Shown: in pieces, positions 1 through 9,564 of the stretch | Layout: every line of letters begins with the position of its first letter | Position numbering within the stretch: the first letter of the stretch is position 1 | NCBI GenBank assembly: GCA_963555985.3 | Contig: OY820591.1 | Span: 1,504,001 to 1,568,000 of the forward strand | Origin: Dehalococcoidia bacterium | GTDB taxonomy: Bacteria; Chloroflexota; Dehalococcoidia; Bin125 | DNA: 64,000 nt | Reading direction: 5' to 3' | The notes under the pieces: model-generated | What the model was told of the DNA's origin: nothing | Databases searched by the model: none | What the model saw: the letters and a program-made list of their open reading frames with translations, nothing else | Program-made: the position numbers and the translations under genes

Positions 1-319
1 GCGCCAGGCAAACGTTGCCATGCACGATCCGGGAGTCGACATCATACGGACGCGCATTCGCGCACCGGCCCGCGAATCGGGCCGCCTCCTCAAGGTTGCC
101 GGCCAACAGCTGCGCGGCTGCAAGACGCAGCAGACGCTCGTCATTATGTTGCCCATCAGCCGCTTCGAGCAGGACCAACGCCTCCCCTGCCAACGCTCGA
201 ACTTGCGACGGAGACCCGCCCGAGCGCAGCATGGCCTCGGCGCGCCCAAGCAAGGACACGACCTCCGTGTCGTCGCGGCTGACGCGGAATCGTCGGCGGA
301 CTGCATCAATCAGACTCAT
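1..319 (-). CDS. Helical/TPR-like protein, truncated at window start
   Basis: Open minus-strand frame from ATG at 319 (MSLIDAVRRRF...LLAGNLEEAARFAGRCANARPYDVDSRIVHGNVCLA) runs off the window; Ala/Leu-rich TPR-like pattern; divergent from dinB. Confidence 0.6.
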   Translation of the reverse strand, partial: MSLIDAVRRRFRVSRDDTEVVSLLGRAEAMLRSGGSPSQVRALAGEALVLLEAADGQHNDERLLRLAAAQLLAGNLEEAARFAGRCANARPYDVDSRIVHGNVCLA

Positions 320-391
320 AGCTCGTTGATAGCGTAGAGACGGGCGCTGCCGATCGTCATCCTGCGCCCGCATACGCTCGCGGAGTCCGGC

Positions 392-1597
392 GTGAAACAC
401 ATCATCCATGCCGACCTGGACGCCTTCTACGCCTCAGTTGAGCAGCGCGACCGACCCGAGTTGCGCGGCAAACCCGTGCTTGTCGGCGGCTCCCCCCGCG
501 CTCGCGGCGTTGTCGCAGCCGCATCCTACGAGGCTCGCGAATTCGGTTGCCGCTCCGCGATGCCAATGCGCACCGCCGTGCGGCTCTGTCCCCATGCTGA
601 GATCGTCCGCCCGCGCTTCAGCCGCTACCGAGAAGCCTCTTCGCAAGTCATGGCCGTCTTCCGACAAGTCACGCCGGTGATCGAGCCCTTATCGATGGAC
701 GAGGCCTTCCTGGACGTGACCCATCGGGTAGACGCAGGCCAACAGCCGGTCGAAATCGCCCGCTGGATCAAACAACGGGTGCGAACCGAGACCGAGTTGA
801 CGATCTCCTGCGGCGCGGGCACGAGTAAGTCCGTCGCCAAGATCGCCTCCGACTGGGACAAACCGGATGGTCTCACCATCGTGCAACCAGGCGAGGAAGC
901 GGACTTCCTCGCGCCGCTGGACATCGCCGAACTCTGGGGAATCGGCCCCAAAACCGCCGAGCGCCTGCGCGCCGCAGGCGTGACCACGGTCGGCGAGTTG
1001 GCCGAGCGTCCGATTGCCTGGCTCGTCGACCGCTTCGGCTCTCGCGGTGAGTGGTTTCATCAGTTGGCGCTGGGAAATGACGACCGTGCAGTCTCGTCCG
1101 AGCGCGAAACGAAGTCGATCTCTTCCGAGACCACCTTCGCTGAAGACGTTGGCGACGGAGAGCATCTAGCCTCAATCGTCCGCGATCAGGCAGACGGAGT
1201 AGCCCAGCGCCTCCGCGAGCACGGCTTGCGTGCGCGAACCGTGCAAGTCAAACTCCGCTTGTCCGATTTCACCACCTTCACTAGACAGCGGACGCTTGAG
1301 ACTCCGATCGACCAGGCGGAGCTGATCGAAAGCGCTGCGCAAGCCCTGCTACGGATAGAACTCTCTCCAACCCGCAAGTTCCGCCTGATCGGCGTAGGCG
1401 TCTCCGGTTTGGAGCATGGCGAATCCGCCACGCAACTCTCGTTGTTCGACGGAGAAGGCCAAGCCCTGACCGCTCCGCCTGAGACCAGCGCGCGGCGCGG
1501 CCGCCAGCAATCGCTCGAACAGGCAGTGCGTGAACTGAACGAGCGCTTCGGTGAGAACGTGGTCAAGCTGGGCGCGAATTTGGGATCGGAGGACTGA
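392..1597 (+). CDS. dinB: DNA polymerase IV (Y family)
   Basis: IIHADLDAFYASVEQ, AASYEAR, SMDEAFLD, AKIASD motifs. Confidence 0.96.
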   Translation: MKHIIHADLDAFYASVEQRDRPELRGKPVLVGGSPRARGVVAAASYEAREFGCRSAMPMRTAVRLCPHAEIVRPRFSRYREASSQVMAVFRQVTPVIEPLSMDEAFLDVTHRVDAGQQPVEIARWIKQRVRTETELTISCGAGTSKSVAKIASDWDKPDGLTIVQPGEEADFLAPLDIAELWGIGPKTAERLRAAGVTTVGELAERPIAWLVDRFGSRGEWFHQLALGNDDRAVSSERETKSISSETTFAEDVGDGEHLASIVRDQADGVAQRLREHGLRARTVQVKLRLSDFTTFTRQRTLETPIDQAELIESAAQALLRIELSPTRKFRLIGVGVSGLEHGESATQLSLFDGEGQALTAPPETSARRGRQQSLEQAVRELNERFGENVVKLGANLGSED

Positions 1598-2287
1598 TTG
1601 ATGCTGCACCCTCGGAACGCGGCAGTCGTGACGTTCGATTGCTACGGAACCTTGATCGACTGGCGGGGCGGCGCTCGTGCCGCGCTCGAAGCGATCCCCG
1701 AACTCGCGGGCGTCGAGCTCGATGCTCTGGTTGAGCGCCGCCTCGAAGTCGAGCTCGAAGTCGAGCACGAACGCTACCGTCCCTACGACCAAGTACTGGC
1801 GATCTCGCTCAGTCGCACCGCCTCCGAGCTTGGAGTCGAACTGCCGGATTCCGAGGCGCGCGGCTTCGCCAATTCAATCGCTCGCTGGCCGCCCTTCCAG
1901 GACGCTCCCGGATTTCTGCGCCGCTTGGCCACGGTTGGCACACCCCTGGTCATCCTCTCCAACGTCACCCGTGAAGCCCTGCAAGTCAGCGTGCGCAAGC
2001 TCGGCGCGAACTTTGACCAGCTGATCACGGCGGAGGACGTGAGGTCGTACAAGCCCGCTCCCGCCCACTGGCAGCGGCTCTACGATTCCCGCCGGATCGC
2101 GCCGGCCGCAGAGCTGCACATCGCCGGCTCGATCACGCACGACATCCGCCCCGCCGCCGCGCTCGGCGCCGAGACCGCCTGGGTCCGCCGCGCCCACGAA
2201 CCGATCCCCGATGATGTCCAGCCCGACCTGATCGTGCAGTCGCTCGCCGAGCTAGCCGACTACTGGCGCCTCCCCTACTCGCGCTGA
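1598..2287 (+). CDS. HAD-superfamily hydrolase (haloacid dehalogenase type II-like)
   Basis: FDCYGTLIDW, LSN, YKP, HDIRPA motifs. Confidence 0.9.
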   Translation: MMLHPRNAAVVTFDCYGTLIDWRGGARAALEAIPELAGVELDALVERRLEVELEVEHERYRPYDQVLAISLSRTASELGVELPDSEARGFANSIARWPPFQDAPGFLRRLATVGTPLVILSNVTREALQVSVRKLGANFDQLITAEDVRSYKPAPAHWQRLYDSRRIAPAAELHIAGSITHDIRPAAALGAETAWVRRAHEPIPDDVQPDLIVQSLAELADYWRLPYSR

Positions 2288-2316
2288 CCGCTCCGCCGCA
2301 CCTGCACTTGCCGCGA

Positions 2317-2388
2317 GAGCCTGTCCCCGCGAAGGGTGGGATCACTCGCCGTGATCTGCACGGTCGTCGCGCACACGGCGAGATTGCC
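2317..2388. repeat. REP-like palindromic element, family 1
   Basis: 2345-2388 matches 49144-49187 at 42/44 nt; the GAGCCTGTCCCCGCG...GGGATCACTCGCCG part recurs at about 39283-39317. Confidence 0.85.
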
Positions 2389-2427
2389 CCCTGTTCATGC
2401 CAAAGACAGGCTGCGGCGCGGCGCTCG

Positions 2428-2883
2428 TCAATCGAGGTAGCGGCGGAGGAGGGGGGTGAAACCGGCTCGCGCGAACTCTTGATCAGCAGTGAGGATGCTG
2501 CTGATGCCGTACTCGCGCATGATCACGATGGCGACGCAATCCTGGAGCGAGAAGCTGGAATCGGAGAACTCGCCCGCGTAGAGGTCGAGGGCCGCTTCCA
2601 TGAGCGCCGGTTGGTGGGAGATCACCCGGTACCTGGGATCCGTGCGTATCTCGCGGATGTAGTCGACCAGGTCCTGTCGCAACGACCGACGTGCGCGCGG
2701 GAAGTGCGCCAGCATCTCCAGTAGGACGCCGTCGCTAGTGTAGAACGTCTGTTGAGTATCGAGCTGCCTGGACGTGGCGATCGCTGCGCCCCGCCAGTTG
2801 TCATTCGGCGAGAATAGGCCGATCAGGTAGACGCTGTCGACAAACAGCGGCTCGAGGGTTGGCAACGGGCGCCCCGGCATCAA
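2428..2883 (-). CDS. vapC: PIN-domain (VapC-like) toxin
   Basis: FVDSV...LLEML...SLQDC...LTADQEF: the four PIN acidic residues; about 150 aa. Confidence 0.88.
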   Translation of the reverse strand: MMPGRPLPTLEPLFVDSVYLIGLFSPNDNWRGAAIATSRQLDTQQTFYTSDGVLLEMLAHFPRARRSLRQDLVDYIREIRTDPRYRVISHQPALMEAALDLYAGEFSDSSFSLQDCVAIVIMREYGISSILTADQEFARAGFTPLLRRYLD

Positions 2884-3107
2884 TCGTCGCGCGGTACTAG
2901 AAACTGGTTGAGGAAGGCTTCCGTCTCCGCGGCGAGTTCCGGCGACAACTCCGGCGGCTCATCGCCGAACACCTTGCGGAACGTACCCAGCAGCACCTCC
3001 GCGCCTGTGCGGTGGTCGTCTTCGGGGATCGGCTCGAACTCGACGTACCAACTCGGACGCTCCCGACCCTCGGCGTCGGTTCCGTTGACCGCTGACTCCT
3101 CGGACAT
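2880..3107 (-). CDS. Putative antitoxin (75 aa, acidic)
   Basis: ATG at 3107 with AGGAGG RBS; 4-bp overlap with the PIN gene start. Confidence 0.7.
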   Translation of the reverse strand: MSEESAVNGTDAEGRERPSWYVEFEPIPEDDHRTGAEVLLGTFRKVFGDEPPELSPELAAETEAFLNQFLVPRDD

Positions 3108-3158
3108 GACAGCCTCCTGCGTCGATCCTACCGCGTTGACCCCGCACCCGGACGCGGC

Positions 3159-3242
3159 GTCTGAATCAGGATTTGGGGGATTGTCGGATTTGCAGGATTC
3201 CAATCCCGTGAATCCAAACATCCCCCCAATCCTGATTCAGAC
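3159..3242. repeat. Long imperfect inverted repeat with internal GGATT/AATCC reiterations
   Basis: GTCTGAATCAGGATT (3159-3173) is the reverse complement of AATCCTGATTCAGAC (3228-3242); pairing extends imperfectly inward. Confidence 0.85.
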
Positions 3243-3251
3243 AGTGGACGC

Positions 3252-6200
3252 CTACTTCGTCGTCGCCGTCACCGCGATCCGGTAGTGCGATCCAGACTCG
3301 AACCAGCCCACTCCGACGTATTGCAACCGGCCCTTATCCGCGATCGACCAACCGTTGCCTGACGGCGTCAGCGTTGCGGCCGAGCTCGTGAAGGTTGCTA
3401 GGTAGTGGGAGCCGCTGGCCGAGTTGGGGGCCTTGATGTAGACGAAGTAGGTCGTGCTCGCGCTCAGGTCGCAGCCGCTGGAGCAGGTGTAGGTATAGGA
3501 GCCGGCCGTCGAGGGACTGCTGCCGCTCAGCGTGGCCAGCGTCGTGCCCGTGTTGGGGTTCAACCCCGACGCCGCGTGCAGCGTCACCTCGAGGTCGGTC
3601 GGGCTCCCGACGGTCGCACGGAAGGCAATGGCGATGCTGGACAGCGTGTAGCCGCCCGTGTTGCTGCCCGTCGTGAACGCTTGTGCCACCCGTTGTGTCG
3701 GGCTGCCGCCGCCCACATTCACAACACCGTTATCGCCCCCACTCAGGGTGCTCACCGAGACGATGGCCAGCGTCGTAAACTCCGACGCCGACGCCAGCAG
3801 GTTGCCCGACGTACACCCGCTGTCGCTGTAGGCCGAGTAGGTGTACGACGTGCCCGCCGTGAGACCGGTCAGGTTCTTCGTCGTCCCGCTCACGGGGCCG
3901 TCGCAGGTCGCGCCGGTGTTGGTGTGCTTGTAGTACCAGTCGCCGGCGTGATTGGCGATGGTCAGCGTGGCGGTCGTCGCGGCGACGTTCGAGGCGGAGA
4001 GGTAGGGAGCGAGCGTGGCCGATACCCTGAACCTTCCGGTCCAACTCCGGTCTGCCCAGGAGCCGCGGGCTAGCTGCTTCAACCCATTGTCGATGCTCCA
4101 GCCGAAGTGGGCTGTGTTGGTCTCGTCGTCTCCATCCGTCGTATCCCATTTGTAGGCGGGGCCGGAGGTTGACGACAGCACCAGGAAATAGGGCGTATTG
4201 TCCGACAGGTGGCAAGTCCCGGAACAGGCGTAGGTGGCATTCCCGGCTGCGGCCGCGTTGCCGTTGACGTGAGTGAGGGTGTAGGTCGCCGTCGCGGCCG
4301 GGTTGTCGCTCGACGCAGCGTGAATTGCCACGCTGAGGGGGGCTTCGGTAGCCTGACTTGGCGCGAGGAACCCGAGTGTCACGCCTTGCAGCGTGTAGCC
4401 GCCGCTGTTGGTTCCCGTGCGGAATCCGGTTGCCACACTGTTGTTTGCGTTAACATTCTGGCCAAAGGTGTCCGAGGCCTCGCCCAGGTTGCTCACGTTC
4501 GGAATCAGATCAATCAGCGGCGCGCGCATTGCGGTAGCCGACTTGCCCCACTGGTTGGTACTGGTGATCTTGATGTTGTAGGCAGCGCCGTCGTCGACGT
4601 TGTACGTGGTACCGCCGACCGTCCAGCTCGAGATCGTGATGCTGTGCTGCGCGGCGGTGTCGTCCTGGTCGCTCATCGTGGCGCAGCGCGTGTAGGACGA
4701 GCCGGACACGGCGCAGTCGATCTCGTAGCCGGTGGTGTAGAAGTTCGGCTTCCAGGACAGCGTGACCGAGCCGCCGGAGCGGCTATGCGTCAAGTTGCGC
4801 AGTTCTGCGAAGGCCGGGTAGATATTCTCCGACCGCTTCCAGTCGCTGGCATCGGCCGGATCGCTCGTCACTGCGCGGACCGCCACCATGTACTTTCGCG
4901 CACTATGCAAATCGCCTCGCGGCCCGTCGTCCACGGTCAGATTGGTGGCTGAAGTCGTGTTGCCGCACTGCCACCAGGACCAGCCGTCCACGTCGCTGCA
5001 CACCAGGTTGTAGCCGCTCGCGCCCGTCACCGCTGCCCAGCTCACGTGTAGTTTCTCGTCGCGGGCGTTATCGCGCGTGATTGTCCCAAAGGTGGGCGCG
5101 GCGAGCTGGCTTTGGGATTGCGCGGAGGCGATCGAGGCGCCGCCCGAGGACTGGACGGTGTTCAGCCAGTCGGTCGCGGGCATCCGCGCGAGGTCGGTCC
5201 AGGGGCCGCGCACGGCGCCGATCCGGGCGCGCACGCCGACCTCGTCGATGGTCTCGCTGGTGGTGTAGCGGTGGGATGCGCCGGAGACGTTGCTGGCTAC
5301 GTCGTGCCAGGAGGAGCTGCCGGCGGTCCTGGCGCGGATGTCGTAGCCGGTGACGCCGCTGACGGTGAGGGTGTCCCAGAAGATGTCGAGGTAGCCGTCG
5401 CCGGGGGTGACGCTGAGGCCGGTGGGGGCGGCGGGCGCGGTCAGCGCGGGCAGGGTGTCGTGCAGCTTGAGCGCGCCGCCGTTGCGCCAGATTTGCAGGA
5501 TGATGCCGTAGCCGGTACCGGCGTCGAGGCCGGGCGCGGTCACGGGACCGGTGGAGTCGGCGCTCCAGATCGGCGCGCTGGTCCAGACCGTTCCGCTGCA
5601 GGAGGCGCCGTTGTACTGCGAGTCGTTGCAGACGATCACGCGGTAGTACTGGAAGCCGTCGCCGATGTAAGCGCTCCAGGAGACGCTGGCGCTGAGGCCG
5701 TCGTCGGCGCGGGTGGCGGTCAGGCTGAGTTCGTCGTTGTCGATCTCGGTGGCGGTGAAATCGACCTTGCCGGAGTAGTACTCGCGGGCGTCGTGGGTCA
5801 GGTCGCGGGCGCCGTCGGCGTAGTCGTTGTCCTCGGCGGCGACCAGGGTGACGGTCTGGGCGGTGTCCCAGTTGCCGGGGGTGAAGGTGAGTTTGAGCGA
5901 GACGACATCGGCGGCCTCGCCCTGGAAGGTGATGTCGGCGTCGTCGTTGTCGCGCACGGAGAGGCCGATGCAGACTTCGACGTCTTGCGTGGGCTGGAGG
6001 GCGAGCTTGACCTGGTAGCTGACCTGGCCGCCTTCGGGCACGGAGAGGGCGCTGAGGGCGTTGCCGCTCGCGTCCTGGACGATGATGCCGGGCAGGTTGG
6101 GGGTGGCGCTGGCCTGCGTCTCTGCGCCGCCGCCGTGGGCGTTCGCCGCGCGCAGGTAGATGGTGTAGGCGGCGCCGTTGGTCAGCCCGGCGACGAGGTA

Positions 6201-7085
6201 GGCGGTCGTGGTCGCGTCGCTGGCGGGGACGCTCGTCCACGCGCCGCGGCCGCTGCCGGCCTGCTGGAGCGCGTACTCGTAGCCGGTGATCGACGAGTCC
6301 GAGGGGTCGTCCCAGGCGAGGCGAACGCTCTGGTCGCCGGCGATGGCGGTCAGCCCGGTGGGCGCGGACGGCGGCACGGGCGTGGTCGCGGGCGGGGTGT
6401 AGGGACCGCTGGCGGCAGAGTTGACCCAGCCCGACCAGCCGTGCTCGTTGCCGGCGCGCACGCCGACGACGACGGTCTTGGCGTTGTCGACGCTGAACGA
6501 AATGCTGGTCGTCTGGACGTTGCGGTGATCGGGGACGGGCGCCTGCCAGCCCGAGCCGTCGTTGTAGGTGACGTGGTACTTGGTCGCCCCGTCCGGGGCG
6601 TCCCAGGAGGCGGTGGCGCTCCCGTCGGCGCGGGTGATGGAGACGCTGCTGACGGAGCCGGGCGGGTTGGCGGGCGGAGAGTCGGGCGGGGTGTAAGGGC
6701 CGCTGGCGGGGGAGTTGACCCAGCCGCTCCAACCGTGCGCGTTGCCGGCGCGGACGCCGACGACGACGGTCTTGGCATTGTCGACGCTGAACGAAATGCT
6801 GGTGGTCTGGACGTTGCGGTGGTCGGGGACGGGCGCCTGCCAGCCGCTGCCGTCGTTGTAGGTGACGTGGTACTTGGTCGCGCCGCTGGGCGCGTCCCAG
6901 GAGGCGGTGACGGTTCCGTCGGCGCGGGTCAGGTTGACGGAGGTGACGTTGCCGGGTGGGGAGGTGAGATCACTTCCACCATCGGCAAGGGAGTTGGCGA
7001 TGGTCGCCAGCGCCGCCAGTCCGGCGAGTAGCGCAACGGCCGCCAGCGCCAGTCTCCGCCGATTCCAATGTCTTGAGATAGTCAT
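3252..7085 (-). CDS. Large secreted fibronectin type III repeat surface protein
   Basis: N-terminal signal peptide (RRRLALAAVALLAGLAAL); multiple FN3-like units (W..P.GAT.Y.V...VGVRAGN); Ser/Thr/Gly/Ala-rich; start at ATG 7085 or GTG 7106. Confidence 0.88.
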   Translation of the reverse strand: MTISRHWNRRRLALAAVALLAGLAALATIANSLADGGSDLTSPPGNVTSVNLTRADGTVTASWDAPSGATKYHVTYNDGSGWQAPVPDHRNVQTTSISFSVDNAKTVVVGVRAGNAHGWSGWVNSPASGPYTPPDSPPANPPGSVSSVSITRADGSATASWDAPDGATKYHVTYNDGSGWQAPVPDHRNVQTTSISFSVDNAKTVVVGVRAGNEHGWSGWVNSAASGPYTPPATTPVPPSAPTGLTAIAGDQSVRLAWDDPSDSSITGYEYALQQAGSGRGAWTSVPASDATTTAYLVAGLTNGAAYTIYLRAANAHGGGAETQASATPNLPGIIVQDASGNALSALSVPEGGQVSYQVKLALQPTQDVEVCIGLSVRDNDDADITFQGEAADVVSLKLTFTPGNWDTAQTVTLVAAEDNDYADGARDLTHDAREYYSGKVDFTATEIDNDELSLTATRADDGLSASVSWSAYIGDGFQYYRVIVCNDSQYNGASCSGTVWTSAPIWSADSTGPVTAPGLDAGTGYGIILQIWRNGGALKLHDTLPALTAPAAPTGLSVTPGDGYLDIFWDTLTVSGVTGYDIRARTAGSSSWHDVASNVSGASHRYTTSETIDEVGVRARIGAVRGPWTDLARMPATDWLNTVQSSGGASIASAQSQSQLAAPTFGTITRDNARDEKLHVSWAAVTGASGYNLVCSDVDGWSWWQCGNTTSATNLTVDDGPRGDLHSARKYMVAVRAVTSDPADASDWKRSENIYPAFAELRNLTHSRSGGSVTLSWKPNFYTTGYEIDCAVSGSSYTRCATMSDQDDTAAQHSITISSWTVGGTTYNVDDGAAYNIKITSTNQWGKSATAMRAPLIDLIPNVSNLGEASDTFGQNVNANNSVATGFRTGTNSGGYTLQGVTLGFLAPSQATEAPLSVAIHAASSDNPAATATYTLTHVNGNAAAAGNATYACSGTCHLSDNTPYFLVLSSTSGPAYKWDTTDGDDETNTAHFGWSIDNGLKQLARGSWADRSWTGRFRVSATLAPYLSASNVAATTATLTIANHAGDWYYKHTNTGATCDGPVSGTTKNLTGLTAGTSYTYSAYSDSGCTSGNLLASASEFTTLAIVSVSTLSGGDNGVVNVGGGSPTQRVAQAFTTGSNTGGYTLSSIAIAFRATVGSPTDLEVTLHAASGLNPNTGTTLATLSGSSPSTAGSYTYTCSSGCDLSASTTYFVYIKAPNSASGSHYLATFTSSAATLTPSGNGWSIADKGRLQYVGVGWFESGSHYRIAVTATTK

Positions 7086-7182
7086 AGATTTCCCACCTCT
7101 CGTCACTTGAATGATCCGATATCCAATCTATCACAATCCACACCTCTCTCCGCCTAGGGAGCGCTTTGCAACAGTCGCGATC

Positions 7183-7210
7183 TCCTCTCCCCCCGCACTG
7201 CGGGGGAAGA
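7183..7210. repeat. REP-like hairpin, family 2 (CCTCTCCCCC-N-GGGGGAGA)
   Basis: CCTCTCCCCCCGCACTGCGGGGGAAGA, related to 30751-30800 and 33649-33744. Confidence 0.7.
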
Positions 7211-7272
7211 ATGTTGCCAAGCTCCCCGCAGCCAATGTCAACAAGCCCTAGCATCAGCGCAGGAGGCAGGCC

Positions 7273-7659
7273 ATGCAGTTGACGCGGATGTACCAGGGCG
7301 AAGACGGAACCTCGCAGTTCGAGGACATCGAGATCGCGCTGAAGGAATTCGAGATCGGCGCCTTCACCCGCAATCTGCGCCCCGATCACATGTCCTTCCG
7401 CATCTCGGAACCCGGTCTGGTCAACGATTGGCACAACGCCTCGGCCAAGACCATGATCATCGTGATTCAGGGCTCGGTGCAGACCGAGGTCTCCAGCGGC
7501 GAGACGCGCAGCTTCGGCCCCGGCGAGATCTGCTACGCCGAAGACATCGAAGGCCCCGGCCACCTGACCACCGATCTCGAAGGCCCGCGCCTCAGCCTGA
7601 TGGTCTTCTTGCCCGACGACTTCGACGTCCACCGCTGGGCCCGCTCGTTTGAGGACTAA
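7273..7659 (+). CDS. Small cupin-fold protein
   Basis: WHNA...GEICYAEDIEGPGH; AGGAGG RBS; paralog of the next gene. Confidence 0.8.
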   Translation: MQLTRMYQGEDGTSQFEDIEIALKEFEIGAFTRNLRPDHMSFRISEPGLVNDWHNASAKTMIIVIQGSVQTEVSSGETRSFGPGEICYAEDIEGPGHLTTDLEGPRLSLMVFLPDDFDVHRWARSFED

Positions 7660-7680
7660 TCCAGAGTTTGGAGACTGCGA

Positions 7681-8055
7681 ATGCAGATCACCCGTGTCTA
7701 CACCGGCGACGACGGCGAGTCGCACTTCGAGACCATCGACGTAGCGCTCAGCGAGAGCGGCTACGGCAACCTCTCGACGCTCCACGAAGCCGAGGGCGTC
7801 ATCTTCCGCGAGACGCCCGTCGGCGGCGAGCTGGACTTCCACAACGCGCCCCGCCGTCAGTTCGTGGTCACGCTCAGCGGAACGGTTGAGATCGAAGTCG
7901 GCGACGGCTCCAAGCTGCAACTTCGAGGCGGCGACATCCTCCTGGCCGACGACGTGACCGGCCGCGGTCACATCACCCGCGATCTCGAGGGCCCGCGCCG
8001 CAGCCTCTTCATCCCGCTGCCCCAGGATTTCGACGTCGATTCGCTGCGCGGCTGA
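7681..8055 (+). CDS. Small cupin-fold protein (tandem paralog)
   Basis: GESHFE, FHNAPRRQFVVTLSG, GDILLADDVTGRGH. Confidence 0.85.
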   Translation: MQITRVYTGDDGESHFETIDVALSESGYGNLSTLHEAEGVIFRETPVGGELDFHNAPRRQFVVTLSGTVEIEVGDGSKLQLRGGDILLADDVTGRGHITRDLEGPRRSLFIPLPQDFDVDSLRG

Positions 8056-8060
8056 GCTCG

Positions 8061-8630
8061 CTAGTCGTCCTGCGCCGACGCCCAACGAAAGTAATGGTCG
8101 AATGCGCAGACCGTCAGCGCGTGCGTGATCGTCTTGTCGTTCATCATCTCCGCGATCTCGCTCAAGGGACGAGTCTCGACCTCAATCGCCTCACTCGATG
8201 TCCCCACCACATGGTCCTCATCAACCACGCGGGTCACGTTGAGCGCCAGAAACGACCAACAGCGGTTCTCTTGCAGCGCCGGATTGGGATGCACCCAGCC
8301 CAGTTCGATCGCGTCTTCGGCCTGGTAACCGGACTCTTCAAACAGCTCCCGCAGCGCCGCCTCCTTCGGCGACTCGCCCGGATCCACGATTCCGCCCGGA
8401 ATTTCGAGCGTCAACTCGCGCGTCCCGTGTCGGAACTGCTTCACGAAGATCACGTCGCCCTCGGGCGTCACCGGCAGGATGTTCACCCAGTCGGGAAACT
8501 CAAACACGAAAAAGCGATGTTCCCTACCCGATCGCGGATGCCGCGAGATGTCCTTGCGCAGCGCGAAAAAGCCGTAGTCCTCAAGCGTCTCCGAGGACAG
8601 TCGCCGCCAGTCGTCTATTCGCTCGGACAT
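8061..8630 (-). CDS. NUDIX hydrolase (ADP-ribose pyrophosphatase-like)
   Basis: EIPGGIVDPGESPKEAALRELFEESGY Nudix box; KQFR motif. Confidence 0.92.
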   Translation of the reverse strand: MSERIDDWRRLSSETLEDYGFFALRKDISRHPRSGREHRFFVFEFPDWVNILPVTPEGDVIFVKQFRHGTRELTLEIPGGIVDPGESPKEAALRELFEESGYQAEDAIELGWVHPNPALQENRCWSFLALNVTRVVDEDHVVGTSSEAIEVETRPLSEIAEMMNDKTITHALTVCAFDHYFRWASAQDD

Positions 8631-8641
8631 CTTGTCGCGCC

Positions 8642-9469
8642 TTATGTCGCCGCGTTGATGATCTTGGCGTACGTCTCGATCCGCAGGAAATCGTCCAATC
8701 CCGCGTCCTCAAGCTGCGCGCCCAGATTCTCGATCAGCGTCGCCTTGTAGCCGTCCACATCGATCCCCAGTTCCGCAACGTCCGCCTTGATCCGGCGCAG
8801 ACCCAAGGCAACCGCTCCCGCAAGCAGCAGCTGGCTCTGCCAGACATACATTCGCCCCGCCGGCGAGAGCCGCTCCACCAGCCGGGGCAGAATCGTATGC
8901 AGGAAATTCACATGCCGCACCTCGTCGCGCAGGATCAGCCGGAAGATCTGCTTGGCCAGCGGATCCACGTCGTCGAGCTCCAGCGTCTGCTGCAAGAACA
9001 GCGCCGCGAAATTCTCGCTGAACAGCGTTGAGGTCAACCAATTCTCAACCCGGTACAGACCCCAAGACGCCATCCCCCCGAAACGCTCGATCAGAAACTG
9101 CTCCGGCTTCGACAGATACCCATGCCCGCCCACTTCGGTCAGGTAGCGGTCGAGCGCGTAGACATGCCGCGCCTCGTCCTGGCATTGCGCCGCGAGATAG
9201 AGGTTGAGCGCCGGGTCTCGAAGCTGATGCGTCGCCTGGCTCATCATCACCTGGATCGTGTCGAGACCCATCACCTCAAGGCCCAGGAACACGTTCATCA
9301 TCCGCAGCCAGGCGGCGCGTTTCGCTGGCGGAATTTCCGAGCCCGCGCCCCAGTCCACGTCTCGGTCCGCGTTCCAGAGCCGGTCCCCCTGCTGCCGGAA
9401 GAGCGTGCGGAAGACGTCGACCTGTTCCGGGCTCTGCGGGCGTCGAACCGCATTCGGTGATCTGCGCAT
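8642..9469 (-). CDS. Ferritin-like diiron-carboxylate protein
   Basis: E...DEARH...E...DEVRH ligand pattern; start uncertain (9469 or 9505). Confidence 0.8.
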   Translation of the reverse strand: MRRSPNAVRRPQSPEQVDVFRTLFRQQGDRLWNADRDVDWGAGSEIPPAKRAAWLRMMNVFLGLEVMGLDTIQVMMSQATHQLRDPALNLYLAAQCQDEARHVYALDRYLTEVGGHGYLSKPEQFLIERFGGMASWGLYRVENWLTSTLFSENFAALFLQQTLELDDVDPLAKQIFRLILRDEVRHVNFLHTILPRLVERLSPAGRMYVWQSQLLLAGAVALGLRRIKADVAELGIDVDGYKATLIENLGAQLEDAGLDDFLRIETYAKIINAAT

Positions 9470-9564
9470 AGACGACCTGCCTCGCGCAGAGCATATCGGC
9501 ATCACCCCAACCCGCGTGCGCCTCCAACCTGCGGGTGAACGAGCTGGGATCGTATACTGACGCC

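Noticed and set aside
330-391. SOS box upstream of dinB
   Set aside because: No GAAC-N4-GTTC-like site visible.
5068-7031. Long alternative-frame ORFs (554 aa, 639 aa) over the FN3 gene, and similar ones over aceE, nrdJ and the hydrolases
   Set aside because: Shadow ORFs from high GC3; Arg/Gly/Ala-biased with no motifs, overlapping well-supported genes.
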